Assembly: GCA_050015395.1 (NCBI GenBank)
Contig: JBEKBM010000009.1
Location: 32,978 to 96,977, forward strand
Reading direction: 5' to 3'
Length of the DNA: 64,000 nt
Origin: Candidatus Bathyarchaeia archaeon
GTDB lineage: Archaea > Thermoproteota > Bathyarchaeia > Bathyarchaeales > Bathycorpusculaceae
Within the stretch, counting starts at the first letter, position 1, and each line of letters begins with the position of its first letter. The position numbers and the translations under genes were made by a program. Positions 1-9,746 of this stretch are shown one piece after another. The notes below the pieces were generated by a model that saw only the letters and a program-made list of their open reading frames with translations, ran no database searches and was not told where the DNA came from.

Positions 1-437
1 TGTTGAGTTATTTGGCTGTATGTTCCGCCTTGCGTGGTTACTTTAATTGTAACCGTCTGTCCAGACGTTAACGAGGTTCCAGATGTTGGGTCGGTAATTA
101 TTGCAGTAGTTCCCGGGGCTAACGAAGTTGTTGGAGTTGTAGCACCTGCATCAAGCAAACCATTGACGTAAAGACATTGAGCGGGAACTATCGTGATAGT
201 AGTACTACCAACATTTTGTAGATATACAGTCGCGACTTTTTCAGTGGGGGACGTACCAGAGAAAACAACACTTTGAATTTGTACTGCATCGCCTGTCTTA
301 CCAGTTTGGTAGCCTATGTAACCCATTACCCAAGCGTAGACTACAAGTGAGGCTACGACTGCAATGGCAATCATCAATAGTACCGAAATTATTGGCGAGA
401 TCGCTTTTACATTTTTACGGATTTTACGAAAAATCAT
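1..437 (-). CDS. Archaeal type IV pilin-like protein (3' end runs off window)
   Basis: Manual translation MIFRKIRKNVKA|ISPIISVLLMIAIAVVASLVVYAWVMGY...: class III signal peptide plus hydrophobic helix and Thr/Gly-rich beta domain; absent from ORF track. Confidence 0.85.
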   Translation of the reverse strand, partial: MIFRKIRKNVKAISPIISVLLMIAIAVVASLVVYAWVMGYIGYQTGKTGDAVQIQSVVFSGTSPTEKVATVYLQNVGSTTITIVPAQCLYVNGLLDAGATTPTTSLAPGTTAIITDPTSGTSLTSGQTVTIKVTTQGGTYSQITQ

Positions 438-669
438 TTTAGAAAGCACTCCTTTCTTAAGGAAACTTTCGGGCGCTTGCTTAAAAAGCGGTATGCAACA
501 ATCTTCCACCTGAATTTTTATAAGACTAACAACGAAACATTGCTTAGAAGAGCCGACACTTACAGTAACTGTAATAAAAGTTTGGAGAAACCATAGATTA
601 TTGCGCCTTTGTTGCGGTTGAAAAAGGTTATAACTAAAATCGTTTAAAATATAGAGAAGGAAGCCAAGC

Positions 670-1320
670 ATGAAACTTGTTAAAACAGGAATCGCAGGTC
701 TCGACGAATTCTTAACTGGAGGTCTACCGCCTAAAATACTGCTTCTGACAGGCTTGCCTGGCTCGGGAAATGAAGTCTTTGCCAGACAAATCGCCTACGC
801 GCGAGCAAAGCAGATCGGGGTAACATACTTTACTGTAAATGTAAGCTCCGATAACGTGAAAGAAGATATGGCCGCCTACAACTGGGATATCGCACCGCTA
901 GAAGCCAACGGAAACTGGAAGTTCGAAACTTTAACAAAATCCGACAATCTGGTAGAAACCGTAATTGAAGAAGTGAGAGAACATCGAACAATCATTATAG
1001 ATTCACTTTCCGAAGTGCTCTTAACCCGGAAAATCGAAGAAGCCATCAACCTACTCACCGCAATGTCCCGTCAAAACAAAGACAGCGAAGAATACCACTT
1101 GCTTCTCTTAACTGAAGGGATGCAAGACCAAAAAGCTGAAACCGCAATGCAACACTTCGCCGACGGCGTAATATTATTCAACACAACCTGGACAACAGAT
1201 ACTACACATCGAGATATCATGGTAAAGAAGATGAAAGGCACCTTTGTTCCTTCACGAAGTCTGCCGTATACAATCGGCAAAAAAGGGTTTCTCATAGAAA
1301 CAGCAACTAGAATAACATAA
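670..1320 (+). CDS. KaiC/RAD55-like RecA-superfamily ATPase with degenerate Walker A
   Basis: KTGIAGLDEFLTGGLP start, GLPGSGNE (Lys missing), IIIDSLS, ADGVI, KKMKG. Confidence 0.85.
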   Translation: MKLVKTGIAGLDEFLTGGLPPKILLLTGLPGSGNEVFARQIAYARAKQIGVTYFTVNVSSDNVKEDMAAYNWDIAPLEANGNWKFETLTKSDNLVETVIEEVREHRTIIIDSLSEVLLTRKIEEAINLLTAMSRQNKDSEEYHLLLLTEGMQDQKAETAMQHFADGVILFNTTWTTDTTHRDIMVKKMKGTFVPSRSLPYTIGKKGFLIETATRIT

Positions 1321-1445
1321 CAAACCTGCCTTCAAAGCGCAAAATTCAAGATACCTACAATCATTAGCATAGATTCATAATGCTTTTATCAAGAAAATTT
1401 TATAAAGAAAAACAGTACATATCCCCCTCGGCGGATGGCAATACA

Positions 1446-1652
1446 ATGAAGGCAATTCATAGCAACTGGACCGAACTCTTCCAGGATTGCATGATGATAA
1501 TTTTTGTATGCGGAACAATCGGTATAGCGCTAAAATTCATAACATTTTTCAATCAATGGGTTTATTTCCCATCTTTCCCAAACATGCTGGATTCAGCATT
1601 CCTCATCTCCGCAGTTATGTACTTTACCTGGAAATCATTTAAACGCAAATAA
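1446..1652 (+). CDS. Small two-TM membrane protein
   Basis: Two hydrophobic segments; internal ATG (MKAIHSN) chosen as start. Confidence 0.5.
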   Translation: MKAIHSNWTELFQDCMMIIFVCGTIGIALKFITFFNQWVYFPSFPNMLDSAFLISAVMYFTWKSFKRK

Positions 1653-1717
1653 CCTCACACAGAAAGTTTAAAAACAACTTCAAGCATACTACCGTATAGA
1701 TATATATTCTACAAGCG

Positions 1718-2089
1718 GTGGAGCGCTTGAAAAGAGCCTTAATTTTTGAGAACAGAAGAAATCATCTACAAGTCTTATACGACATTCTTGAACTATGTAA
1801 AATGCCTCAGGCAAAAACCTACATTTTACGCAACACAAACACAAGTTTCAAGTTGCTTGAGAGCTACCTGCTACAACTTCAAACATCAGATCTTCTGGAA
1901 CTGCAACCTAAAACAAAAAAGTACTTGACAACCAAAGAGGGACAAAAATTTATTGAAGCATGGATAAAGCTTAAAACAATGCTTTATCCCCAAGAAATCC
2001 CTGTCCTCACCAAAAATAAAAAATGCACTATACACAACAATCAGTTCATCGCAGTACCGGCTAATAATACCAATTACGTGACCCATTGA
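1718..2089 (+). CDS. Winged-helix (HTH_45-like) DNA-binding protein
   Basis: RRNHLQVLYDILE...KTYILRNTN...YLTTKEG pattern. Confidence 0.75.
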   Translation: MERLKRALIFENRRNHLQVLYDILELCKMPQAKTYILRNTNTSFKLLESYLLQLQTSDLLELQPKTKKYLTTKEGQKFIEAWIKLKTMLYPQEIPVLTKNKKCTIHNNQFIAVPANNTNYVTH

Positions 2090-2186
2090 AAAAAGAAAAA
2101 GCTCTTGATTAACTTAATTTTCATAGTTTCATGGATGCTTAGAGCTATGAGCATGAATGGTCAGCGAAAGAAAAACCGTTTTTTGT

Positions 2187-2357
2187 TTATAGGAGGGTTT
2201 TTTGGTGCTGCCCTTTAACGGCGTCGTATACTTTTTTGGTTGTGTAGCCTGAGAAACTTAACAGATTAGCGGTCGAAGCATCTTTCGCGTCTTGGTTTAC
2301 GCCTTTCTCGATAAGCGGCATAGCTTTTACCCTGCGCTCACACCATTTATCTTCAGA
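2187..2357 (-). pseudogene. Displaced duplicate of the PolB2 3' end
   Basis: Direct repeat of 3923-4111 with an 18-bp in-frame deletion and scattered substitutions. Confidence 0.9.
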
Positions 2358-2362
2358 TTCAA

Positions 2363-3634
2363 TTACTTCAGAAACCATTTCCATGCGGGTGTCACCCTGA
2401 TGACTTTGCCGTTTCGTTCAATATTTTTCTCTTCATCGAAGGTTACCACGGTAAGGTTGCCGCAGGTCAGCTTCTCACTTGCCTCCAAAAGCGAATTAGT
2501 TTCTCTTGCGTACGTTTTTGGATCGTTTATGCTGTAGCAGACTTGGATGAGCTCACATGCCTTGTTTTCTTTAGTCAGCACAAAATCTATATCAGTTGAC
2601 TTAGTCTTATAGTAGTGAACGTTCTCTCGCCGTCTCATCAACTCTACAAGGACAGCATTTTCGAGCTCTTTTCCCTTGTCTGAGTCAAAAAGCCCTAATA
2701 TTCCAGAGTCTGAAACGTAGAGCTTTGGTTTGGTGTTTCTTTCTTTTATCTTTCTCGAGTATGGATATATCAGGAAGAAAAGGAATGCGGACTGTGCGTA
2801 ATTAAGATAATTGAGCGCCGTCACACTACTTATTTTTGTTCCCTGCGATTCAAACCAACCAACTATTGCGGGAATTGATACGTTTCTACAGGCTGAACCG
2901 AAGAGCGAATTTATGAAAGCTCTGAAGACAGCAGTTTTTCTTATGCCATACTTCTCTATGAGATCCCGCTGTATCACAGTAGCGTATAACTCGGAGAGCA
3001 ATATATGCTTCAAAACAGGATCCTCACTTTTTACAATCTCTGGGTACCCACCGAAGTCCAAGAACTCAGACAAAGCTCCAACGATCCTGCCAGTCTCACC
3101 TGCTTTCATGTATTCTTCTGGCGTTATTCTCTTTGACCTAAGGTACTCCCTGAACGAAAAAGGCAGAAGCAGGGTGTTAATAGCCCTACCGCGCAGTTCC
3201 GAAGGCAATTTGTCTAATGATAAATCCGAGGTTGATCCTGTTATAAAGATCTTGTATCTTCGTTGATCAAAGAGGGTCCTGAGCCACTTGGACCAGTTGG
3301 GAAAAGACTGTACTTCATCAATGAAGAGATAGATGCCCTTTGTCTCATCCGGTTTGTACACGCGATACATGACTTCTTCCAATCGGCTCAGATCATTTAC
3401 AGTTATTCCGACAAAATCTATGTCCTCACAGTTGACGAATACTTTGTTGCTTTTCTCAATGTCAAGACTCTTCATGTACAAAAGCATCAAAGATGTTTTG
3501 CCAGATCGTCTTGGTCCTATTATGGCATTGATAAAATTCCTCTCTCTCAAAATAACATCTCTCGCAACCAACTCGATGTTTTTTGAATAATCGACATATC
3601 TTACGAGCGCATTCTCTAAATTCATATTGATCAC
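2363..3634 (-). CDS. AAA_14 + DUF4143 ATPase (COG1373-like)
   Basis: GPRRSGKT, LFIDEVQ, ITGS, GGYPE, KLYVSDSG, ENAV, DIDFV...IQVC. Confidence 0.9.
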   Translation of the reverse strand: MINMNLENALVRYVDYSKNIELVARDVILRERNFINAIIGPRRSGKTSLMLLYMKSLDIEKSNKVFVNCEDIDFVGITVNDLSRLEEVMYRVYKPDETKGIYLFIDEVQSFPNWSKWLRTLFDQRRYKIFITGSTSDLSLDKLPSELRGRAINTLLLPFSFREYLRSKRITPEEYMKAGETGRIVGALSEFLDFGGYPEIVKSEDPVLKHILLSELYATVIQRDLIEKYGIRKTAVFRAFINSLFGSACRNVSIPAIVGWFESQGTKISSVTALNYLNYAQSAFLFFLIYPYSRKIKERNTKPKLYVSDSGILGLFDSDKGKELENAVLVELMRRRENVHYYKTKSTDIDFVLTKENKACELIQVCYSINDPKTYARETNSLLEASEKLTCGNLTVVTFDEEKNIERNGKVIRVTPAWKWFLK

Positions 3635-3922
3635 GACCTCAATTATCTAAGCTACTACTTTATTATTTTATTTAATTAACTAATTAGTAATTTCCTATTT
3701 ATAAGATTTAGGAAAATAATTAGGCAGAAATCTAACAGCATCGTTCACCAAGAGCAAATGAAGCACATCAGTACATATGGGTTTCAACGAAGAGACAAAA
3801 TCGATTTACAGAAACATAACCGTGAAAAAGTAGACCCAAAAAACAACACCACATCAAATCAACCGAACGATTTGGACTACATGCTACCACGCAAGAGTAT
3901 TTGCCCCAAGAAAACTGTTTGT

Positions 3923-6223
3923 TTATAGGAGGGTTTTTTGGTGCTGCCCTTTAACGGCGTCGTATACTTTTTTGGTTGTGTAGCCTGAGAAGCTTAACAG
4001 ATTAGCGGTTGAAGCATAAAGCAGTAGCAGGTATTTTTTCGCGTCTGGGTTTACGCCTTTCTCGATAAGCTGCAAAGCTTTTACTCTACGGTCATACCGC
4101 TTAGCTTCAGAGTTAGTAAAAAGGAATTTCACGTTGTTGCCCGCATGAACTTCCACACCTTGCTTAATTAGTTGCTGAGCTACGATGACTTGGCTAACAT
4201 GCTGTTTATAGTTTTTCGGCTGTTTAGACAGATGCTTAGTAACTATTAAGTCACATACGGGAACTTCGCCATTAAGTAACCGTTGCCTGTAAGCTTTTAA
4301 AACTTTTAATGCCTCAGGAATTTTCCGGTGAAGTTCCACTGAATTATTCGCTGAGGCTAATAAGTTGATCATTTCGGTTTGGGCATCAAAAATGAACCTT
4401 GGAGTATCCCTACGCCGCACTTCTAAGCCCCTAATTTTAACCTTACCGTTCTCCATGACTCCGAAATAACGGTTTAAAACACTAATACGCGGATGCAGTT
4501 TGGAAGGCAGAAAAGCTACCCATTTGTAGCGTCCCTCAAAGTTTATGGGAACACCTATTTCCTTAGTAATTACTCGGCATAAGGCAGTGTATTCCTCTAT
4601 GGTTGCTTCTTTCTTTTTGAGCCACAACGAATCGACAATACCGTGAACAACCTCAAAACCTTGATCTTCAGCAATGTGCGCTGCCTTAAGAAAAGCTTCT
4701 CTGCCAAAAGCGCAAACGCCAATGTGGCCGTCAACGGTGCCGAATTTTGAGTTTTTGAAGCCTAAGTAGCCGAAGCATGTGACTAAAATCCATTTTAACG
4801 CTGTCTGACGCTTATCGTACGCTTGTTTTAGCTGTTTGTCGCCTGTTTCGTCTCTTAGGCGTTTGTAATGCAGTCGTTTGGTTAAGGCTAAATTGATAGT
4901 TTTAGGCACTATTCCAACCCGTTTTGTACAGATATGATAATTCAATTCTGGAATCCGCAGCGGCGAATCAGGGCAGCATTTGCAAAGCACTGTTTCAGCT
5001 GAAATGTTGTTTTTAGCCATTAGGCTTGGATACATGGAAGAAAAGTCTAATTCTCCTATCGAATCGTGTACTCCTAGGCGGGGCTCAAAAATTAAGCCTC
5101 CACGGTCGCCAACGAGCAAGTCAAGGGCTGATTTGAAGGCTTCGGGAATCCTTTTGTTTCGGGGCACTAGGATGTCGTCTTTTATGGCTTGGTAGAGCTG
5201 CATTGAAGACATGCTTGAGCCTATCGAGAATCGTGCAGCCGTGTGTAAAGGTACTCTACAGGTTCGCGCTATCTCAATGAAGCCTTCGAAACCTGCTTCT
5301 TTTATGATGAAGGTGTTGTTTTCGTCGATGTGTATTCTTCCATACAACCGCACGGTGCCTGCCCTGTAAAATGTGCGACCATAGGAAAAGTAGGTGTTGC
5401 CCGCTGAAATTTTACGGTTAAAAGGCTTGTTATCTCTGCTTAAGAGGAACTTGTCTAAAACGTTGTTTACGGTTGCTCTGTAGATTAAGTAGGGTAAAAG
5501 GTACGAGTCGCCAGCGGTTGTTAAGATTATGTCAGGGTCTAACTCGTTTATTGCGTAAACAAGCTGTAGCAGCTTTGTGGCTTCGTCACCATAATCAATG
5601 GCAATCTCCTCTTTGCCCTCTTGCTTTAAACATATTTTATTGATGGCATCATCAAAATTAGCAATAATCCCCCTCTTAGCAACTTCCACTTCAAGCTTTA
5701 TTACCTGCAATTTAGGAATAACGTAGTCGGTGCTTTCAACCGAATCCAAAAGCGTGTAATCCAAGCCTGATTTTGTCGCTTTTAACTCCACAAATGCAAG
5801 CGGAAACAAGTCACGGCTAAAAAGGTATGAACGATCATTCTGCATGTCGCAATTGTGAATTTCATAACGCAAGAAATCTCCGATTCTTAAAATTTCAAGC
5901 GTTAAAGAAGGAATTTGCCTGCAATCCTTAACAGTTATTTCCAGTACCCTTGACTTTTCAGTATCCGTGGCTTGAGCGTATTTTTGCACGAACTTTAATG
6001 AAGCGATTTTTTGATTGCGAAATAGTCGGCTGATTAAGCGTTCAAGGTCGTCTTGTTTGCCCGAGACGTAAATGCAGGGTTGAAACGGGTCAGTGAACCT
6101 GATTCTTTCGCCTTTTTCGCTTATCACCCAAACCGCGACTTTGCCAGGGTCAGAAGGGTAAACATCAAGTAGCCATCCTTTAACGCAATTAGGAGCCGCC
6201 GTGCTGCTTTTGCTTGAGGTCAT
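3923..6223 (-). CDS. polB2: Family B DNA polymerase, PolB2 group
   Basis: Motif A DFSSMYPS, motif B KWILVTCFGYLG, motif C HGIVDS (variant of YGDTDS), RGLEVRRRD. Confidence 0.9.
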   Translation of the reverse strand: MTSSKSSTAAPNCVKGWLLDVYPSDPGKVAVWVISEKGERIRFTDPFQPCIYVSGKQDDLERLISRLFRNQKIASLKFVQKYAQATDTEKSRVLEITVKDCRQIPSLTLEILRIGDFLRYEIHNCDMQNDRSYLFSRDLFPLAFVELKATKSGLDYTLLDSVESTDYVIPKLQVIKLEVEVAKRGIIANFDDAINKICLKQEGKEEIAIDYGDEATKLLQLVYAINELDPDIILTTAGDSYLLPYLIYRATVNNVLDKFLLSRDNKPFNRKISAGNTYFSYGRTFYRAGTVRLYGRIHIDENNTFIIKEAGFEGFIEIARTCRVPLHTAARFSIGSSMSSMQLYQAIKDDILVPRNKRIPEAFKSALDLLVGDRGGLIFEPRLGVHDSIGELDFSSMYPSLMAKNNISAETVLCKCCPDSPLRIPELNYHICTKRVGIVPKTINLALTKRLHYKRLRDETGDKQLKQAYDKRQTALKWILVTCFGYLGFKNSKFGTVDGHIGVCAFGREAFLKAAHIAEDQGFEVVHGIVDSLWLKKKEATIEEYTALCRVITKEIGVPINFEGRYKWVAFLPSKLHPRISVLNRYFGVMENGKVKIRGLEVRRRDTPRFIFDAQTEMINLLASANNSVELHRKIPEALKVLKAYRQRLLNGEVPVCDLIVTKHLSKQPKNYKQHVSQVIVAQQLIKQGVEVHAGNNVKFLFTNSEAKRYDRRVKALQLIEKGVNPDAKKYLLLLYASTANLLSFSGYTTKKVYDAVKGQHQKTLL

Positions 6224-6461
6224 CTAATTCCTTCTGCAGCCGTTGCAAGCGGATTTGCTGTGAGACCAGCATTGACATTATCATTGGTTCAAAAGGTAAC
6301 GGTTGAGTGGCGTTGCTTCCTGCCGACGCGTAGCTTCTGCATGCATCTATCAGTATGTCGAAGGCTTCTCTGTCTTCTTTGCGGAGTGCTTTTGCGAAAC
6401 CGTTCCAGCGGCGTATTTCGTCTTCAATTGCCATGCGGTATGATTCAACTGTTTTACCCAC
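6189..6461 (-). CDS. Small PolB2-associated protein (arCOG07300-like)
   Basis: MGKTVESYR...W..F.KALRKEDREAFD signature; overlaps polB2 start. Confidence 0.8.
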   Translation of the reverse strand: MGKTVESYRMAIEDEIRRWNGFAKALRKEDREAFDILIDACRSYASAGSNATQPLPFEPMIMSMLVSQQIRLQRLQKELDDLKQKQHGGS

Positions 6462-6462
6462 G

Positions 6463-7182
6463 TCAAGCGCCCATGAAGTCAGTTAGTGTCAGGTTTTCGG
6501 ATGGAAGTTCAGCGGTGCCTAAAACGAAAAATGGATGCTTCTCTAATGTTACTTCTCGTGTGTAGGTGGTTTTGCTGAAGGATAATACCGTGTTTGCTTT
6601 TGCGCAGGTTATTTCTTGAAGTAAACTGTTTCTTCGGCTGTCAGAGTAGGGAAGGTAAGTTGCGATTAGGACTATTTGGTGTTTTTTTGCAAAGCTTGAA
6701 AGGTAACTGATGATTTGGCTGTAGACTCTTCGGGCTTCTTCATGTGGAACGTCATTGTCTAAAAACAACCCTGCTATGTCTGAAATAACTACGAGTTTGG
6801 CATCGCAGTTTTTTATGGTTTCTTCAAGTTTATCGAGTATAAGAGAAGTTAACTGGTAAGCTGTGAATGCTCTTGAAATAAAGATGCGTTCAAGCACTTG
6901 CCTTGGGTTAAGCTGGTGAAGTTGGGCTAAACGGGCGATTTTGTAGAGTCTAAACGTGTTTCCGCCGTCAATAAAGACAACGCTGCTTCCTAAGCCGCCG
7001 AGCTGCACTGGCAACTGCGCTCTTATGCAGAGTAGAGAAGTTAATGAAATAACTGATGGTGACCCATAAAGCACGGCGAAGTCGCCTGGCGCAAATCCTG
7101 GAAAAAGCTCGTCTACATCTGGCATGTTTAAAGAAAATAGTGGTTGAGCCATGGTAGGTTTGACAATTAAATTTTGAGACAT
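6463..7182 (-). CDS. Inactivated RadA/Rad51-like protein of PolB2 operon
   Basis: QLPVQLGGL, FIDGGNTF, ISRAFTAYQL; Walker A degenerate (YGSPSVIS). Confidence 0.85.
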   Translation of the reverse strand: MSQNLIVKPTMAQPLFSLNMPDVDELFPGFAPGDFAVLYGSPSVISLTSLLCIRAQLPVQLGGLGSSVVFIDGGNTFRLYKIARLAQLHQLNPRQVLERIFISRAFTAYQLTSLILDKLEETIKNCDAKLVVISDIAGLFLDNDVPHEEARRVYSQIISYLSSFAKKHQIVLIATYLPYSDSRRNSLLQEITCAKANTVLSFSKTTYTREVTLEKHPFFVLGTAELPSENLTLTDFMGA

Positions 7183-7303
7183 TCTATTTTGCTCTCCCTG
7201 TTCATAGACGAAGCAACAAGTACGCTTCTAACCCTTTTTAAATCATCGTAGAAACGACATTGCGGAACAGGGGAGGGTAGAGTGAAAGTGAAAAGCGTAA
7301 GTT

Positions 7304-7510
7304 TTAGGCAGTAGGCTTGGTTTCTTTTTGTTGCCTTAGAATTTGGGTTGCCAATGTCATTAGGAAGATTATCGAGAACACTATTACCGCTATGCCTACC
7401 TTGTACATGATGTTTATGCCAACATAGAAAAGCCCAAAAACAGCCACAATCATTAACGCTAAAATAAACACTTCTTGAACACCACTAAAGACTTTTGTTC
7501 CAAAACTCAA
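7304..7510 (-). CDS. Small two-TM membrane protein
   Basis: Two hydrophobic helices, GGTGA RBS upstream. Confidence 0.6.
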   Translation of the reverse strand: MSFGTKVFSGVQEVFILALMIVAVFGLFYVGINIMYKVGIAVIVFSIIFLMTLATQILRQQKETKPTA

Positions 7511-7758
7511 TTTACGTCACCAATGTTTCCTAAACCACTGCACATGCGTCTAATATTAATTTTCTGCCATAGTTTCTCAGAAATCCCTGTTAAACTTGCA
7601 GGCTGAATTCATTTTGAGTATGCCGTGAATTGTAATGCACGTAGTATCGGAATGCTTCCGTTTAGTTTCGTTGAAAAAAGCTATCATATCCGCTCGAAAG
7701 CTTATATAACAAATGATTCAGAGTCACTAAAGACAGATGAAAATAACTCCAGCTTTCG

Positions 7759-8682
7759 GTGACCGTAGTGATTGACACAGAAAACCTTACAAAAAAATTC
7801 GGAGACCTAACAGCCGTAGACAGCCTCACACTGCATGTTAACGACGGCGAAGTTTTCGGCTTCCTCGGACCCAACGGTGCAGGAAAAACCACCACCATAA
7901 GGATGCTTTGCTGTCTAATATCAAAGACCAGCGGCTCTGCGAAGATAGGAAATTACGAAGTCGGAAACAGAGCTGATCAACAGAAGATAAGAAGAATGAT
8001 CGGCCTGCTGACTGAAAATGTCGGTCTCTACGAGGAACTGAGCGCCTATGATAATCTCGATTTTTACGGTCGATTCTACAAGCTCGACGAACAGAAAAGG
8101 AAAGAGCAAATAGAATACTTTCTCAAGATGCTGGGGCTGTGGGAAAAGAGAAACGAAGCGGCAGGAACGTTTTCCAAGGGGATGAAGCAAAAACTCGCAA
8201 TAGCCCGCGCCCTCATCCATGACCCACAAGTTCTATTCTTGGATGAGCCAACTGCAAGCCTCGATCCCGAAGCTTCTAAGACGGTTAGAGACTTCATCCT
8301 CGAGCTGAAAAAGGAGAAAAGAACAATCTTCCTTAACACGCATCTTCTGGATGAGGCTGAAAAGATCTGTGACCGGGTAGCGATACTGAAAACTCGACTA
8401 ATTGCGATAGGCACCCCGCAAGAGTTGAGGCGTTCGCTATCTGGCAGGAAGATAAAAGTTCAGCTTCAGCGTGTGGATGATGTAATTGTTGAAGCGGTCA
8501 AGAAAATCGGATTTCAAATTTCAGAGATAACCGATAATAGCCTTCTTATCGATGTCAGCGACCCTGAGAAAGAGAATCCAGCAATTTTAAAGGCGATTGA
8601 AGCGGCGGGCGGGCACGTGCAATTCGTAACAGAGGTCGGGTCAACTCTAGAGGATGTGTACCTGAAACTAGTGAGGGGATGA
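7759..8682 (+). CDS. ABC-2 type exporter ATP-binding subunit
   Basis: GPNGAGKTT, FSKGMKQ, FLDEPT. Confidence 0.95.
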   Translation: MTVVIDTENLTKKFGDLTAVDSLTLHVNDGEVFGFLGPNGAGKTTTIRMLCCLISKTSGSAKIGNYEVGNRADQQKIRRMIGLLTENVGLYEELSAYDNLDFYGRFYKLDEQKRKEQIEYFLKMLGLWEKRNEAAGTFSKGMKQKLAIARALIHDPQVLFLDEPTASLDPEASKTVRDFILELKKEKRTIFLNTHLLDEAEKICDRVAILKTRLIAIGTPQELRRSLSGRKIKVQLQRVDDVIVEAVKKIGFQISEITDNSLLIDVSDPEKENPAILKAIEAAGGHVQFVTEVGSTLEDVYLKLVRG

Positions 8683-9428
8683 AAAAAATGGATTTGCAAA
8701 GCGCTTGGGCAGTTGCCGCAAAAGACTTCAAGATCTTCAAACGGAAGAGTACAGTCATCTATTTGAGCACTGTTTATCCTCTTGCTGTCGGAATAGCGTT
8801 CCCATTGATTGTGCAATATGCACTGCACATTGGCAAAGGCCATGGAATAACCGCCTTAACTCTTCCCAGATTCATGGACGCTTTCTCGATATGGTTTCTC
8901 ATAGGCGCAGCCGTATTTCCCACTGCTATAGCCTCCTACAGTTTAGTGGGAGAGAAGATCCAAAAGAGCTTGGAACCGCTTCTGGCAACGCCAATGACCG
9001 ACGGTGAAATCCTGCTGGGCAAAACTATTTCAGGGCTCGTCGTGCCTTTAGGGGCGATCTATGCCGGTTCAGTGATATACATGTCGCTCATGGATTTGGT
9101 GACGCAAAGCACACTGGGTTATCTTTACTATCCTAACTGGCATATTGGGGCGATCTTGCTTGTGGCGCCATTCATATGTCTTGTCAGCGTTGAACTAAAT
9201 ATCATTATCTCATCCAGACTAAACGATGTGCGAACAGCACAACAAGCAGGAATGCTGGCCGCATTCCCCTTCTTTGGAATATACATAGCATCTGAGATTG
9301 GATTGTTTGCACTCAACGACACGAATCTACTGATTTTGGCAGGTGTTATCTTAGCAATAGCTGTTGTTCTCTTCTTTGTCAGCAGGGTTACATTCCAGAG
9401 GGAGGAAATACTGACTAAGTGGAAGTAG
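8679..9428 (+). CDS. ABC-2 type permease
   Basis: SLVGEKIQKSLEPLLATP...ILLGK, multiple TM helices. Confidence 0.9.
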   Translation: MKKMDLQSAWAVAAKDFKIFKRKSTVIYLSTVYPLAVGIAFPLIVQYALHIGKGHGITALTLPRFMDAFSIWFLIGAAVFPTAIASYSLVGEKIQKSLEPLLATPMTDGEILLGKTISGLVVPLGAIYAGSVIYMSLMDLVTQSTLGYLYYPNWHIGAILLVAPFICLVSVELNIIISSRLNDVRTAQQAGMLAAFPFFGIYIASEIGLFALNDTNLLILAGVILAIAVVLFFVSRVTFQREEILTKWK

Positions 9429-9456
9429 CAAAGTTGGAAGCGCCGGGGGTGGAAGA

Positions 9457-9651
9457 GTGGACTGGAGGATAAAGGGAAGACTTCTCGTGGTGGGCTGCAT
9501 ACTGATTGTTTTAGGGCTTGTCCTCTTTGTTGCAAGAGGTGTTGCCGCTACGCTCGGATTAGCCGGTGTCGGGGTAGTTTTGCTCATCGTTGGGATTGTT
9601 TATAAGCCGAAGCAGAAAAAGGTGGAAGTAGAAGGAAATGCGGAGAATTGA
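9457..9651 (+). CDS. Small two-TM membrane protein
   Basis: Hydrophobic hairpin directly after permease. Confidence 0.65.
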   Translation: MDWRIKGRLLVVGCILIVLGLVLFVARGVAATLGLAGVGVVLLIVGIVYKPKQKKVEVEGNAEN

Positions 9652-9746
9652 ATTTCAACGTATTTGGGCAAATTAGTTTATGCTTAAATAAATAAACCGT
9701 AGAAAATGAAAATAAACCCGAAAACATCCAGCAGCCGCGAAGGTAA

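Noticed and set aside
2187-4111. Diversity-generating retroelement TR/VR pair
   Set aside because: Differences between copies are not adenine-specific, include an 18-bp deletion, and no reverse transcriptase is present
3923-6223. Casposon or viral polymerase
   Set aside because: Motifs and neighbours match cellular PolB2; no Cas1, capsid genes or terminal repeats
7196-7272. Invertible promoter from CCCTGTTC/GAACAGGG repeats upstream of the PolB2 operon
   Set aside because: Only 8 bp match and no invertase; compatible with chance
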